Shown: positions 15,956 to 27,436, numbered from the stretch's first letter. The stretch: 64,000 nucleotides of DNA from Sphingomonadaceae bacterium (GCA_025359445.1 JANYGB010000063.1:621-64620); one strand, 5' to 3'. Translations and numbers: made by a program. Notes: generated by a model from the letters alone, not told the origin.

Positions 15956-17080
15956 TTACAGGGACGCATAAACCGCCCCAATCAGCGCCTTCGCCCGAGC
16001 ATCATCGCGCAAATTCGCGTCCATGCGGTTCATTGTGTAGGCCATCGTAATGCCTTGCTCGGGATCGGCGAAGGCGAACGAGCCGCCCCAGCCGGTGTGG
16101 CCGAACGCGGCCTCGGTCGGGCCAAATACGCCGCTCGAATTGCGCAGGAAACCGGCCGCCCAGTCGCATTCGATGCCCAGCACCAGATCGACGGTGCGGA
16201 TTTGCTGGGCGGTCGCCTTGGCGAGCGTGGCGGCCGAGACCAGTCCATCCTCCGGCGCGATCAGCTTGGCGTAGATGCTCGCCAATGCGCGCGCGGTGCC
16301 GTGGCCGTTTGCCGATGCTAGATCGGCGGCGCGCCACTCGGGAGTCATGGCGAAACCGGCACGCAATGGGGGATTGCCCAGCGCGGCGATCTGCGCCTTC
16401 GTGAAACTGGCGGGATCTACCGGTGAGGCGGGCGGTGGCACCAGCTGCGCGCAGCGGTGTTCCTGCCCGGCCGGGAGCCCCACGGTGAAGTCGAGCCCGA
16501 GCGGTCCGGCGATTTCTTCGGCAACGAATTGCTTTATTGACCGGCCCTCAATGCGCCGGAACAGTTCGGTACCGAGAATACCGATCGAGAGCGCGTGATA
16601 GCCACTGGCGCTGCCGGGCTCCCACAGCGGGGCTTGAGCGGCCAGCCGCGCCGCAGCGCCGTCTTCGAGCAATTCGGGTTCGCTGGCGGGCGTGGTAAAG
16701 CCGCAGAGGCCCGCCTGGTGTGAGAGCAATTGTCCCACCGTAACCTCTGCCTTGCCGTTCGCGGCGAATTCAGGCCAGAAATCAGCCACCGGCTGGTCAT
16801 AGGAGAACAGCCCGCGATCGGCGGCCATGGCATAGCAGGTGGCGTGGACGCCCTTGGTGGTTGACCAGACATTGACCACCGTATCGCCGCGCCACACCCG
16901 GGTCCGTGCGGGATCGGCCCAGCCGCCGTGCAGATCGACCACCACTTTGCCGCCCAGCGTTACGCTGAAGGATGCGCCCAGTTCATCGTTGTGGGCAAAG
17001 TTGGCCGCGAACGCATCGCGGACCTTGGCGAACTGGCTGATGCAATCGCCCGCGATTGTGACTTCGGCGGTGTCGGTCAT
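15956..17080 (-). CDS. Serine hydrolase, beta-lactamase/EstA family
   Basis: SxxK (WSTTKG), LLSHQAGL, GYH, FGHTGWGGS. Confidence 0.93.
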   Translation of the reverse strand: MTDTAEVTIAGDCISQFAKVRDAFAANFAHNDELGASFSVTLGGKVVVDLHGGWADPARTRVWRGDTVVNVWSTTKGVHATCYAMAADRGLFSYDQPVADFWPEFAANGKAEVTVGQLLSHQAGLCGFTTPASEPELLEDGAAARLAAQAPLWEPGSASGYHALSIGILGTELFRRIEGRSIKQFVAEEIAGPLGLDFTVGLPAGQEHRCAQLVPPPASPVDPASFTKAQIAALGNPPLRAGFAMTPEWRAADLASANGHGTARALASIYAKLIAPEDGLVSAATLAKATAQQIRTVDLVLGIECDWAAGFLRNSSGVFGPTEAAFGHTGWGGSFAFADPEQGITMAYTMNRMDANLRDDARAKALIGAVYASL

Positions 17081-17089
17081 TAACGTTCC

Positions 17090-17992
17090 TTATCCCTGCA
17101 CTTGGACTTTGGGCACAACCTTCCGGATCATCCCCTCTTGCGCCACACTCGCCACCAGCCGCCCGTCTTGCGTGAACACGCGGCCCCGGTTGAACCCCCG
17201 CCCATTGCCGCTCCACGGGCTGTCGGTGGCGTAGAGCAGCCATTCGTCGGCGCGGAAGTCTTCGTGAAACCACACCGCATGGTCAAGGCTGGCGCTGACG
17301 ACTTCGCCCCGCGCCCAGCTGAGGCCGTGAGGCAGGGCGCAAGTGCCGAGCAGCGTCATATCGCTGGCGAAGGCGAGCACGCCGCGGTGGATGCGCGGAT
17401 CGTCGGGGAGGGGAGCGACCGCCCTGAACCACGAGTGCGAGCGCGGCGGCGCGGCGACCGGGTTCATCCAGTGACGGCCTTCGACCGCGCGCATCTCGAC
17501 CGGGCGCGGGGCGTAGAAGTGGTGGCGGGCTTCGGGCCGGGCCTGATCGGCAAAACGGCGGCGCACGTCGGCTTCGGGTTCAAGCTCGTCGGGCCCGGGC
17601 ACATGGGGCATTTCGGCATCGACGTGATGCAGGCCTTCTTCGTGCTTCTGGAACGAGGCGGTCAGACTGAAAATCGGACGGCCTTGCTGGCTGGCGACGA
17701 CCCGGCGGTTGGAAAAGCTGCCACCATCAAAATCGCGCTCGACCTTGAACTCGGTCTCGTGCTCTTCGCTCCCGCCGCGCAGGAAATAGGCGTGGAGCGA
17801 ATGCGCCGGGCGCGCCGGATCGACCGTCAGCTCGGCGGCGCACAGCGCCTGCGCAATGACTTGCCCGCCGAACATCCGGCCCACCCCGTCGCGCTTCTTG
17901 CGGCCGATGAAGTGATCGTCGCCCTGGGGCTTGACCTCAAGCAGTTTGACGAGGCCAGAAACGAGCTGTTCGGGGGTGTATTGGGTATCCAT
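17090..17992 (-). CDS. tesB: Acyl-CoA thioesterase II
   Basis: FGGQVIAQAL, HSLHAYFLRGG, ASDMTLL, SLDHAVWFH, VASVAQEG. Confidence 0.95.
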   Translation of the reverse strand: MDTQYTPEQLVSGLVKLLEVKPQGDDHFIGRKKRDGVGRMFGGQVIAQALCAAELTVDPARPAHSLHAYFLRGGSEEHETEFKVERDFDGGSFSNRRVVASQQGRPIFSLTASFQKHEEGLHHVDAEMPHVPGPDELEPEADVRRRFADQARPEARHHFYAPRPVEMRAVEGRHWMNPVAAPPRSHSWFRAVAPLPDDPRIHRGVLAFASDMTLLGTCALPHGLSWARGEVVSASLDHAVWFHEDFRADEWLLYATDSPWSGNGRGFNRGRVFTQDGRLVASVAQEGMIRKVVPKVQVQG

Positions 17993-18053
17993 GGCGGGGC
18001 CATGCGTTGCGATTGAAGACGCGTCAATGGGGTGGTCTTTTTTAGGAAGAATT

Positions 18054-18172
18054 GGTGCGCGCAGAGGCGCAGAGGCGCAGGCGATCTCAATTTTTAACTC
18101 GCGGGTTTTGAACAGGAAGGCGGCTTTGCCGCGACAGTGGTCTCACAATTTCTCTGCGCCTCTGCGCGAACC
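18054..18172. mobile_element. MITE-like element with arms built of 9-nt units (GCAGAGGCGCAGAG), copy 1
   Basis: 20 of 22 bases match between the inverted arms; internal GCGGCTTTGCCGC palindrome shared with copies at 48114 and 63462. Confidence 0.7.
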
Positions 18173-18184
18173 CTCTTCACCTCC

Positions 18185-19282
18185 TCAAACCCCGGCTGGA
18201 TTGCGGCCCAGTTCCACCTGCACCAGCTTCGCGAACAGTGCCCGCCGCACCTTGCCGCCGATCGCGATTGATAGACGCCCGACCGGGCGGCGTTCGCGCC
18301 AGATGTGGTCGATCATCGGGTGGTCGGCGGCGGCGCAGCTGTCGCACCAGTCGATCCCGTCGGCGGAGAGCAGCGCAAGGTTCTCGCGCTGGACCAGCAC
18401 CCCGGGCGAATAGCGGGCATAACGCTCGTCGAACGCGGTCTTGAACGAGAATGCGCCAGGCGGAGTGAGGAAGTTGGCGAGCATCGCGATCGGCTCGTCA
18501 TTCAGCGTCAGCGTCAGCCGCTCGAGCAGGCCCTGTGTTGCCGCGCCGAACAGCGCTTCCTTGAACATCCGGGTGGTGGTCTGGTGCGAGGCGAGCGCCG
18601 AGCCCTGGGTGCCCTTCCAGCCTGAATGCTCAAGCGCGAGGAAGTCTTCGGTCCACCGCGCCAGACCTTCGTCGCCCATGGTGCGCGCCATAGTCACTTC
18701 GCCCAGTTCGGACAGGCGGTTGTACTGGCGGCGCAGTTCCTTGCGCTTCTTGGCCGAGAGCGAGGCCTCAAAATAGCTATCGGGCGAGAGGTGAGAAGCG
18801 AGCATTGCGCGGTCTTCGCGGTGGACTACGGCGGCGAGCCGGTTCTGCTCGGTCAGGACGGACTGCAAGGCCTCGTGAACCGGGCCGGTCAGCGGCATTT
18901 GCGCGAGGTGCAGGAACAGCCCTCGCGCCGCATTGGCATCGGCCCAGTCCAGCAGCGCGCGCCAGAATTCGCGCTCCAGCCCGCGCGCGATCAGCGGTGC
19001 GCCCAGGAAGCAGTTGGCGTGAACCCAGCCCGCCAGATGCGGCACCGGCCAACGGTAATAATTGCCAGGCGTGTGCAGCGGCAGCAGCCCGGCCAGTTCA
19101 CCATCAGCCTCGAACCGCAGCAGTTTGACCCGGCCATCCGGATCGAACGCGCGCAGTGCGGCGAGCAGATACCAGCTTTCGTGGAACGGGTTTGGTTCCG
19201 CCGCACAGGCAGCCAGGGCATCCCAGGCGAACCGTGCTTCGGGACTGTCCATCGTGGTCCAGCTTACCGCGCGCACCGCCAT
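18185..19282 (-). CDS. GNAT acetyltransferase, CelD/BcsL-like
   Basis: KKRKELRRQ, FLALEHSGWKG, FSFKTAFDERYARYSPGVL; start set at ATG 19282. Confidence 0.88.
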   Translation of the reverse strand: MAVRAVSWTTMDSPEARFAWDALAACAAEPNPFHESWYLLAALRAFDPDGRVKLLRFEADGELAGLLPLHTPGNYYRWPVPHLAGWVHANCFLGAPLIARGLEREFWRALLDWADANAARGLFLHLAQMPLTGPVHEALQSVLTEQNRLAAVVHREDRAMLASHLSPDSYFEASLSAKKRKELRRQYNRLSELGEVTMARTMGDEGLARWTEDFLALEHSGWKGTQGSALASHQTTTRMFKEALFGAATQGLLERLTLTLNDEPIAMLANFLTPPGAFSFKTAFDERYARYSPGVLVQRENLALLSADGIDWCDSCAAADHPMIDHIWRERRPVGRLSIAIGGKVRRALFAKLVQVELGRNPAGV

Positions 19283-19439
19283 GACGCGCGGCTGGCTCCG
19301 CGGCACAATGCCGCAACGCTCAGCCGGAGGTGCCACAGCACTGCTCGCCACGGATTGCTGTCTCCACCACGGCGACGGGTGCCGCCGGGTGGGACTATTA
19401 ACCGTGAAAAGCCAAGGAATGGCTAACGGCTGGCTATGC

Positions 19440-21491
19440 TCAGCTGACCGGCTTGTCGCTGTCGCTCGGCAAATAGGCCGGGTTGAACCGCGTAAGCCAA
19501 GCCAGCGCCTCGTCGATCCACTGAATGTGGACGTCGTCGTAGGGCAGGTTATGGGTTCCCTTGGGCTGGACAATATAGCGGAAATCGGTGCCTTCGACCT
19601 TGCCGGAGCGTTTGAGGTTGCCGACCAGTGTGCGCGATTGTTCCATCGGAATGCGTGCATCGCGTTCGCCGGCAACGATCAAAATCGGGGCCCATTTACC
19701 GTCGGTATTGCGTGCCGGGCTGATTCCTTCGGGATTGTCGGAAGTGGCCTGGAACCCGCTGCTGAACTTGCCGAGGTGCTGCGCATCCCACTTGTTCATG
19801 AGCGGCATATCATAAACGCCGGCCCCCGAAACCGCACATTTCCACACCCCCGGATCGCGCTGGGCACCGCGCGCTGAGGCATATCCGCCATAAGACCAGC
19901 CCATGATGCAGGCGCGTTTCGCGTCAACCAATCCGGTCTTGGCGTAGAAATTGAGCACGTCGGTCAAGTCATCCTGCATCCGCATGCCGTAGCCGCCGGG
20001 CTCGCGGCCCTTTTGCTCGAAGGCTTTGCCGTAGCCGCCCGAGCCGCGATAATTGGGCTGGATCACCACATAGCCAGCCTCGGCGAGCGGCTGATTCCAT
20101 GGTTCGAGCTGGTTGGCGGCAGACAGCGCACCAAACGGCCCGCCGTGCGGCATGATCACCACCGGCAGCGCCTTGCCCGTGCGGTGGCGCGGGGTGGTGA
20201 TGATCACCTGAATCTTCGTGCCGTCACTGGCGGTTACCCATTCGGCCTTGACCGGATTGAGCGGCTCATCTTTTATGGCGCTGCGCTGCCAGTTAAGCAG
20301 GTTAATCTTGGCGGTATTGGTATCGTAAAGGTAGAATCCGCCCCCCTTGGCACGTCCGCCGGCATAGACAATGAGCCGATTGGACGTACGATCCTCATCG
20401 ATGATGCTGGCTTCACCCTTGCCGAACAGCTCGTCGAGGAAGCCCTGAATTTCGCGGTATCTGCCATCAGTGTAGACGGTCTTCATTTCGCCGTTGAAAG
20501 TCCGGTAACCGAGCAGGTTGCGATCGTCGAAATCGGTCAGCACGCCCTGCACGTCGAACCCCGGGGTTGCATAAACCGGCTCCGAAAAATTGAGCGTGTT
20601 CATGTCGACTTTGTAAACCTTGGCAAAGCCGTCCTTGCGCGAGACCACATATGCAGTGTCAGTCCCCGGGATGATGAATTCAGGCACAGGTGGCCCGCCG
20701 GTGAAGGTCTTGTCAGCCTCATGAAAAACGGTGCGGAAGGCTTCCTTGCCGTTCGAGCGATATAGCATCTGAAACTTGCCATTTTCGCCGTTGCTGTTGA
20801 AACCGCCGCGCACAACGCCGTCGCTATCGGCAAACCAGCCTTGGACGATCGGGTTGGTCCGCTGGACCATCGTGTATTCGCCGGTTCCGACTGAGACCCT
20901 GACCACTTCGGGAACGCCCCAGCGTTCGGTTGAGCCGGTCGTCGCGGTCCGTTCCAGCAGGTACTCGCCCTTGACGTGATCGACATAGAGAATGCGAGTG
21001 GCATCGCCGCCGGCTCCGCGCCATGCCTGCTGAACCAGCTTGCCGGTCGAGACGTTGTAAGAGACCAGCCGCCCGAAATCACCCAAGCCGCCGCCCAGAT
21101 CCTCACGCGATTGGATGGTCATCACAATACTATCGCTGCCGATCCAGCGGAACCCAGCCAAAGTTCGATCGCCCGATTCGCGCGCTTCTTCGGCCTGGAG
21201 GATCGGCTTGGCCGGCTTGCTCAAATTATTGAGGTCAAGCACCACCAGCATTTCCTTGCCGTTCGCTCCGGCAAGATAGGCGAGATAGCGGCCGTCGGGC
21301 GAGAGCCGCGGGCTACGCATATTGGCTTTTTTGACGAATTCGGCCGGCTGAATCATGCGATCCGCTGCGGTGGGAGTTGCGGCCGCCGGGGCTGCTTCCA
21401 GCTGAGCAGCGGGCAGACCTGTCAGCGCCAGTACACTGGCTCCCAGCGCGAGCGCGATCAACGGTTTCCCGCCAAAAAACTTCTTTTGCAT
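19440..21491 (-). CDS. Secreted S9-family peptidase (dipeptidyl/acylaminoacyl peptidase-like)
   Basis: Signal peptide, beta-propeller region, PHGGP, QPNYRGSGGYG, GWSYGGY, D and H of the catalytic triad. Confidence 0.93.
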   Translation of the reverse strand: MQKKFFGGKPLIALALGASVLALTGLPAAQLEAAPAAATPTAADRMIQPAEFVKKANMRSPRLSPDGRYLAYLAGANGKEMLVVLDLNNLSKPAKPILQAEEARESGDRTLAGFRWIGSDSIVMTIQSREDLGGGLGDFGRLVSYNVSTGKLVQQAWRGAGGDATRILYVDHVKGEYLLERTATTGSTERWGVPEVVRVSVGTGEYTMVQRTNPIVQGWFADSDGVVRGGFNSNGENGKFQMLYRSNGKEAFRTVFHEADKTFTGGPPVPEFIIPGTDTAYVVSRKDGFAKVYKVDMNTLNFSEPVYATPGFDVQGVLTDFDDRNLLGYRTFNGEMKTVYTDGRYREIQGFLDELFGKGEASIIDEDRTSNRLIVYAGGRAKGGGFYLYDTNTAKINLLNWQRSAIKDEPLNPVKAEWVTASDGTKIQVIITTPRHRTGKALPVVIMPHGGPFGALSAANQLEPWNQPLAEAGYVVIQPNYRGSGGYGKAFEQKGREPGGYGMRMQDDLTDVLNFYAKTGLVDAKRACIMGWSYGGYASARGAQRDPGVWKCAVSGAGVYDMPLMNKWDAQHLGKFSSGFQATSDNPEGISPARNTDGKWAPILIVAGERDARIPMEQSRTLVGNLKRSGKVEGTDFRYIVQPKGTHNLPYDDVHIQWIDEALAWLTRFNPAYLPSDSDKPVS

Positions 21492-21594
21492 GCTCGAAAC
21501 CCTCAATTTGTGAAAACCCCGTCCGGCTGCCGCTCGCAGCTTGGCCGAACCCCTAAGCCAATGGAAATTAATCCGTTCCGTGCGCAGGTCAATG

Positions 21595-21624
21595 AAAACC
21601 CCGCCCGGATCGCTCCGGGCGGGG
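21595..21624 (-). terminator. Intrinsic terminator after hppA
   Basis: Hairpin CCCCGCCCGGA-TCGC-TCCGGGCGGGG with an A run 5' on the plus strand (U tract on minus). Confidence 0.8.
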
Positions 21625-21650
21625 CATCAATTTCAGTCGAGTGTGGCGTT

Positions 21651-23768
21651 TTAGTGTGCGGCCAGCGCGGCCAGCAGCAGCAACGCCACGATGTTGGTGA
21701 TCTTGATCATCGGGTTGACCGCCGGGCCGGCAGTATCCTTGTACGGATCGCCGACCGTGTCACCGGTCACCGCAGCTTTGTGAGCTTCAGAGCCCTTGCC
21801 GCCGTGGTGGCCGTCTTCAATGTACTTCTTGGCATTGTCCCAAGCGCCGCCGCCCGAGGTCATCGAGATTGCGACGAACAAGCCGCCAACGATCACGCCC
21901 AGCAGCAGCGCGCCGAGTGCAGCGAACGCCTCTGCTTGTCCGGCCACCAGGTTGATCACGAAGTACACGGCGATCGGCGCGAGCACCGGGAGCAGCGACG
22001 GCACGATCATTTCGCGGATCGCCGCCTTGGTGACGAGATCGACCGTGCGGGCATAGTCCGGCTTGGTCTCATACGTCATGATGCCGGGGTTCTTGGCGAA
22101 CTGATCGCGAACGTCCTTGACCACTTCGCCCGCAGCGCGGCCAACCGCAGTCATGCCCATCGCGCCGAACAGGTAAGGCAGCAGCGCGCCAAGCAGCAGC
22201 CCGACGATCACATAGGGGTTCTCAAGGCTGAAGTTCACCGTGAACTTGTCGCCAAAAAACTCCTTGAGATCGGCGGTATAGGCCGAAAACAGCACGAGCG
22301 CCGCCAGACCTGCCGAACCAATGGCATAGCCCTTGGTTACGGCCTTGGTGGTGTTACCCACCGCGTCCAGAGCATCGGTCTTTTCGCGAACCGTCTCGTC
22401 CATCGCGGCCATTTCGGCGATGCCGCCGGCGTTGTCCGTAACCGGGCCGTAAGCATCGAGCGCCACCACCATGCCGCCCAAGGCCAGCATCGCCGTTGCC
22501 GCAAAGGCAATGCCGATCACGCCGGCCAACTGGTAGGCAATGATGATTCCGGCGCAGATAACGAGGGTTGGCAGCGCGGTCGATTCAAGGCTGATCGCCA
22601 GACCCTGAATGACGTTGGTGCCGTGTCCGGTTTCCGATGCTTTGGCGATAGAGCGGACCGGGCGGTAGTTGGTGCCGGTGTAATATTCGGTGATCCAGAT
22701 CAGCAAGCCGGTGATGACCAGGCCGAGCAACATGCAGTAGAACAGGGTGCGGCCGGTGAAGCCCGCATAGCCTGAAACTGTATCGGCACCGATCAGCGTT
22801 TCCATCCCGCCAAGTGCATAGCTGGTAGCAAACCAGATCGCGGGAACGGAAGAAAGCGCGGTGACCAGGAAGCCCTTGTACATGGCGCCCATGATGTTCT
22901 TCGACCCACCGAGCCGGACAAAATACGTGCCCAGGATCGAAGTGACGACGCAGACGCCGCCAACCAGCAGCGGCAGGCTCATCAGCGCAACGAGCTGTTC
23001 CTTGCTGGTTGCGCCAGCAAGTTTGAGCGCGATGAGAACCATCGTTGCGCCAAAGGTGACGACATAGGTTTCAAACAGATCGGCGGCCATGCCAGCGCAA
23101 TCGCCGACGTTGTCACCAACGTTATCGGCGATCACAGCAGGGTTGCGGGGATCGTCTTCGGGAATTCCGGCCTCGACCTTGCCCACCAGATCGGCGCCGA
23201 CGTCGGCTGCCTTGGTAAAGATGCCGCCGCCCAGACGCGCGAAGATCGACACGAGCGATGCACCCAGTGCCAGTGCGGTGAGTGCCGTAATCACCGTGCG
23301 GTCATTGGCGGCAAAACCGCCAAAGCCGGTCAGGTACCAGAAGAAGCCAGAGATCGCGAGGAGCGCCAGGCCCGCCACCAGCATGCCGGTGATCGCGCCC
23401 GAACGGAACGCCATAGTCAGGCCTTCTTGCAAGCCAACGCTGGCGGCCTGCGCCGTGCGGACGTTGGCGCGCACCGAGATGTTCATCCCGATAAAGCCGG
23501 TCGCCCCTGAAAGCACCGCGCCAAGCACAAAGCCGGTCGCAGAGATTGGCCCCAGCAGCAGCGCAACCAGCACTGCGACGACCACGCCAACAATGGCAAT
23601 GGCGCGGTATTGGCGGCCAAGGTAAGCGCCAGCGCCTTCTTGAATGGCAGCTGCAATAGCTTGCATCTTTTCGTTGCCGGGCGAGGCGCTGAGCACTTGC
23701 CGGCTGGTGACGAAGCCATAAACGATGGCCGTCAGTCCAAGAATAATCGCGATCGTGACAGGATTCAC
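21651..23768 (-). CDS. hppA: Membrane H+-translocating pyrophosphatase, K+-independent type
   Basis: [45 protein letters not shown] (Lys at the K+-dependence position), [10 protein letters not shown]. Confidence 0.97.
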   Translation of the reverse strand: MNPVTIAIILGLTAIVYGFVTSRQVLSASPGNEKMQAIAAAIQEGAGAYLGRQYRAIAIVGVVVAVLVALLLGPISATGFVLGAVLSGATGFIGMNISVRANVRTAQAASVGLQEGLTMAFRSGAITGMLVAGLALLAISGFFWYLTGFGGFAANDRTVITALTALALGASLVSIFARLGGGIFTKAADVGADLVGKVEAGIPEDDPRNPAVIADNVGDNVGDCAGMAADLFETYVVTFGATMVLIALKLAGATSKEQLVALMSLPLLVGGVCVVTSILGTYFVRLGGSKNIMGAMYKGFLVTALSSVPAIWFATSYALGGMETLIGADTVSGYAGFTGRTLFYCMLLGLVITGLLIWITEYYTGTNYRPVRSIAKASETGHGTNVIQGLAISLESTALPTLVICAGIIIAYQLAGVIGIAFAATAMLALGGMVVALDAYGPVTDNAGGIAEMAAMDETVREKTDALDAVGNTTKAVTKGYAIGSAGLAALVLFSAYTADLKEFFGDKFTVNFSLENPYVIVGLLLGALLPYLFGAMGMTAVGRAAGEVVKDVRDQFAKNPGIMTYETKPDYARTVDLVTKAAIREMIVPSLLPVLAPIAVYFVINLVAGQAEAFAALGALLLGVIVGGLFVAISMTSGGGAWDNAKKYIEDGHHGGKGSEAHKAAVTGDTVGDPYKDTAGPAVNPMIKITNIVALLLLAALAAH

Positions 23769-23889
23769 GGGACGCTCCCCCTAGTTGTTGTTGTTCATAA
23801 CCAAAACCCCGCGAGATGCGGGGCGGCGGGCAAGCTATAGGGCGGATTTGGCGCAATGCAACGCCGATGCGGCGCTTTGTGCAGACCTT

Positions 23890-24756
23890 TCAGTGATGTT
23901 CGTAACCGAGCGTTCCAACCGGTTCGATACCGCCCAGCAGCAACGCTGCCGGGCCGCGCGCCAGCACCCGCCCGATGCGGTGCGCGGGGACTGGCGGGGT
24001 GATCTGGGCGGGCAACGCGAACAGTAACTGATAATCGTCACCCCAGCGCATGGCTTCGTCACGGCGGGCTTCGGGGGTGGCGATCGGCACCGCCGTATGG
24101 TCGATATCGATGGTGACTTGCGATGCTTCTGCCAGTCGCTGCGCGTCGAGCAGCAGCCCGTCGGACACGTCCATCATCGCGCTGACCAATGGCGCAAGCG
24201 CGCGGCCTTGATCGAGGAGTGCTGCGGGGCGCCGATATGCCAGGCTGTCACCGTCGCCCGCCTTGAGCGCCTCAAACCCGAGCATCGCCGCGCCAACGGT
24301 TCCGGTCAGCCACAGGTTATCCCCCGGCTGGGCACCGCTGCGCGATGGCACTGGCCGGTGCGTCGCGCGGCCCAGCGCGGTCAGTCCCAGCACTTGCGCG
24401 CCGGTTGCCGAAATCGTGTCCCCGCCAAGCAGCGGGACGTTGTAGTGCGTAAGCACTTCGCCCAGACCCGCCAGAAACCGCGCATCGTCGCCGCCCAGCT
24501 GATAGCCGAGCAGCACGCCGAGCGGTTCGGCACCCTTGGCGGCGAGATCGGAAAGGTTGGTGGCCACCAGCTTCCACGCCACGTCCGCCGGGTCTTGCCC
24601 GGACAGAAAGTGCACCCCCTCGGCCATCGCGTCGTGAGTGAGGATCAGGGTTTCGGAGCCGAGTTCAAGCACCGCGCAATCGTCATTCAGACCGCGCGCT
24701 GCCGGGTGAGTCGCGAGGTTGCGCAAGGCAGCGATGAAGGCGGATTCGGTGGTCAT
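23890..24756 (-). CDS. thiL: Thiamine-monophosphate kinase
   Basis: DDCAVL, NLSDLAAKGA, GGDT, MDVSDGL, GDDYQLLF. Confidence 0.96.
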   Translation of the reverse strand: MTTESAFIAALRNLATHPAARGLNDDCAVLELGSETLILTHDAMAEGVHFLSGQDPADVAWKLVATNLSDLAAKGAEPLGVLLGYQLGGDDARFLAGLGEVLTHYNVPLLGGDTISATGAQVLGLTALGRATHRPVPSRSGAQPGDNLWLTGTVGAAMLGFEALKAGDGDSLAYRRPAALLDQGRALAPLVSAMMDVSDGLLLDAQRLAEASQVTIDIDHTAVPIATPEARRDEAMRWGDDYQLLFALPAQITPPVPAHRIGRVLARGPAALLLGGIEPVGTLGYEHH

Positions 24757-24780
24757 GCGGCGCAGTGCTTAGCCGAGAGA

Positions 24781-24934
24781 TCACACCCATCCAACCTGCG
24801 CTAACGAGCAAGCTCGCAAGCTGCGGTATCCTTCCCTCATCAAGGGGGAAGTGACAGCACTACGCTTCTTCCCCCTTGATGGGGGAAGGATGCGCAGACT
24901 TGCTTCCTGCCTAGTCGCAGCTGGATGGGGGTGA
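24781..24934. repeat. Composite palindromic repeat (double CTTCCC..GGGGAAG hairpins)
   Basis: Terminal inverted arms TCACACCCATCCA and TGGATGGGGGTGA; same architecture as 47308-47468. Confidence 0.75.
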
Positions 24935-24989
24935 TTGTGCCGCAATAGACGTTCCCGGATCAGACACCATCCCATCAAGTGGAGCGGAA

Positions 24990-25436
24990 CTAAACCCGCA
25001 CCACTTTTGCCACCGCATCGAGCAACCCGTTGACGAATTTCGCCTCGCGCGGTTCGAAAAAGGCATGCGCGACGTCAACGTATTCGGTGATCACTGTGGG
25101 GGTCGGCACGTCGGCGCGGGCGATCAGTTCGAAGACACCCGCGCGCAGAACCTGGAGCATCGTCTTGTCGAGCCGTTCGATCTTCCAGCCCGCCGCCAGT
25201 TTGTCCGCCAGCAGCGCATCGATCTCGTCCTTGCGGGCGCTGACGCCTTGAACGATGTCGTCGAAGAACGCGGTTTCGGCCGCGGCATACTGGTCGCCCT
25301 CGATCTCCGCGCCGAGCCGGTGCTGGTGGAATTCGTCGAGCAGCTTGGCCAGCGGGGTCGCTTCCATATCGAGCTGGTACAGCGCCTGCACCGCAGCGAG
25401 CCGCGCTGCCGAGCGGGCTTTCGAACGCGCTTTCAT
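24990..25436 (-). CDS. nusB: Transcription antitermination factor NusB
   Basis: RSAARLAAVQALYQ, LRAGVFEL, FVNGLLD. Confidence 0.98.
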   Translation of the reverse strand: MKARSKARSAARLAAVQALYQLDMEATPLAKLLDEFHQHRLGAEIEGDQYAAAETAFFDDIVQGVSARKDEIDALLADKLAAGWKIERLDKTMLQVLRAGVFELIARADVPTPTVITEYVDVAHAFFEPREAKFVNGLLDAVAKVVRV

Positions 25437-26725
25437 ATTCCCAGCCTTACTTCGATCGAGCGCGCATGCGCAGGGAGCCCTTCAGCTTCGGCGAGCTGGA
25501 TCGCCGCCGGGCCAATTGCCTTCAGCGCCGCTTCGTCAAGCTGGATGAAACTGGTGCGCTTCATGAAATCGAGCACCGACAACCCCGAGGAAAACCGCGC
25601 CCGGCGCCCGGTGGGGAGCACATGGTTGGGCCCCGCAACATAGTCCCCGACCGCTTCGGGGGTCAGCCGCCCGAGGAACACCGACCCGGCATGGCGGATC
25701 TGTTTGAACAGCTTTTCGGGCTTTTCCACCGAGAGCTGGACGTGCTCTGCCGCGAGCGCATTGGCCAGCGCCGGAGCTTCATTGAGGCTGGCGACTTCGA
25801 TGATCACGCCGTGGGTATTCCAGCTTTCGCTCGCCACCCGCGCGCTGGGCAACATGGCGAGTTCGACCCCGATCCGGTCGGCCACGCTATCGGCAAACAG
25901 CGGATCGTCGGTGATCAGGATCGATTGCGCGGCGGGGTCGTGCTCAGCCTGGCTGAGCAGATCGGCGGCCGCCCATTCGGGATCGGTCTGGCCGTCGGCG
26001 ATCAGCAGGATTTCGCTGGGGCCCGCGACCATGTCGATCCCGACCACGCCGAACAGCTGGCGTTTGGCTTCGGCGACCCAGGCGTTGCCCGGGCCGGTGA
26101 TTACGTCGACCGCGGCAATCCGATCGGTCCCATAAGCCAGCGCAGCCACCGCCTGCGCCCCGCCGACGCGCCACAATTCATCGACGCCAGCCAAGTGCGC
26201 CGCGGCGAGCACCAGCGGGTTGATCTGGCCGCTGGGCGAGGGCGTCGCCACCACCAGCCGCTCAACCCCGGCGACCTTGGCGGGGATCGCATTCATCAGC
26301 AGCGAAGATGGATAAGCCGCGCGCCCGCCCGGAACATAGAGCCCGGCCGCATCGACCGCCCGCCAGCGAGAGCCGAGCCGCACCCCGGCATCGTCGGTTT
26401 CGTCGCGGTTCTTGGGGAGCTGCTTTACGTGAAACGCCCGGATGCGCTGCGCCGCCAGTTCGAGTGCGGCGCGCAGGTCTGGCTTCAACGCATCGAACGC
26501 CTCGCGGCATTGTTCGGCCCCTATCGACCAGTCGGCATCGCTCGCCAGCGCATACTGGTCATGCCGCAAGGTGAGCTCGGCCAACGCCGCATCACCGCGC
26601 CGCCGCACGTCTTCGATGATGATCGAGACATCGCGGGCGACGCTGACATCGGTCTCGCGCCGGTCGGCGACCAGGCGGGCGAAGGCCGCTGCAAAGCCGG
26701 GGTCGCGGGTATTGAGCCGCAGCAT
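25433..26725 (-). CDS. hisD: Histidinol dehydrogenase
   Basis: GLYVPGGRAAYPSS, IDMVAGPSEI, DLLSQAEHD, GDYVAGPNHVLPT. Confidence 0.98.
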   Translation of the reverse strand: MLRLNTRDPGFAAAFARLVADRRETDVSVARDVSIIIEDVRRRGDAALAELTLRHDQYALASDADWSIGAEQCREAFDALKPDLRAALELAAQRIRAFHVKQLPKNRDETDDAGVRLGSRWRAVDAAGLYVPGGRAAYPSSLLMNAIPAKVAGVERLVVATPSPSGQINPLVLAAAHLAGVDELWRVGGAQAVAALAYGTDRIAAVDVITGPGNAWVAEAKRQLFGVVGIDMVAGPSEILLIADGQTDPEWAAADLLSQAEHDPAAQSILITDDPLFADSVADRIGVELAMLPSARVASESWNTHGVIIEVASLNEAPALANALAAEHVQLSVEKPEKLFKQIRHAGSVFLGRLTPEAVGDYVAGPNHVLPTGRRARFSSGLSVLDFMKRTSFIQLDEAALKAIGPAAIQLAEAEGLPAHARSIEVRLGI

Positions 26726-27396
26726 CAGGCGGCCTGATCTTGCGCGACCAGCGCGCGGAAGCGATCGACCAGCGCGGCCACGCGCTCGTCGGTTTTGAGC
26801 GCGGCGCGGTTGACGATCAGCCGCGCGGAAACCTGCAGGATGGTTGCATCCTCGACCAGACCGTTGTCCTTGAGCGTCTGCCCCGAGGAGACCAAATCGA
26901 CGATCCGGCTGGCCAGCCCCAGCCCGGGGGCCAGTTCCATTGCGCCGTTCAATTCAACCACTTCGGCCTGTACGCCCTGCTGCTCGAAGTAACGCCGGGT
27001 CAGGTTGGGGTATTTGCTGGCGACGCGCAGGTGGCTCGAATGGCCGGTGCTCGCGGTCTGTCCGGCGGGTTGGGCGAGCGACAGGCGGCAATGGCCGATG
27101 TCGAGATCGACCGGCGCGTAGAGGTCGGCGTAAGCGAATTCTTCGACCACGTCGGAGCCGACGATGCCGACCGAAGCCGCACCATGCGCCACAAAAGTCG
27201 CCACATCGAAGGCGCGGACACGGATGATCTGCATGTCGCTCTGCTCGCAAGCGAACGACAGCGCGCGGTTGCTCTTGTCGTGAAAGCCAGCTTCGGGCAC
27301 CACTCCGGCACGCGCCATCAGCGGCAACGCCTCGTCGAGGATGCGGCCCTTGGGCACGGCGAAGATCAGGGGCCGGGAATTTTGCGGGCTTAACAT
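26725..27396 (-). CDS. hisG: ATP phosphoribosyltransferase, short form
   Basis: [38 protein letters not shown]; 223 aa with no C-terminal regulatory domain. Confidence 0.97.
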   Translation of the reverse strand: MLSPQNSRPLIFAVPKGRILDEALPLMARAGVVPEAGFHDKSNRALSFACEQSDMQIIRVRAFDVATFVAHGAASVGIVGSDVVEEFAYADLYAPVDLDIGHCRLSLAQPAGQTASTGHSSHLRVASKYPNLTRRYFEQQGVQAEVVELNGAMELAPGLGLASRIVDLVSSGQTLKDNGLVEDATILQVSARLIVNRAALKTDERVAALVDRFRALVAQDQAA

Positions 27397-27436
27397 AGCT
27401 GGCGCGCATTAGGCGGGCCGGGGGGAAAGGGCAAGG

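Noticed and set aside
19440-21491. Lasso peptide isopeptidase or RiPP cluster
   Set aside because: It is an S9 peptidase, but no precursor, lasso cyclase or B protein is nearby.
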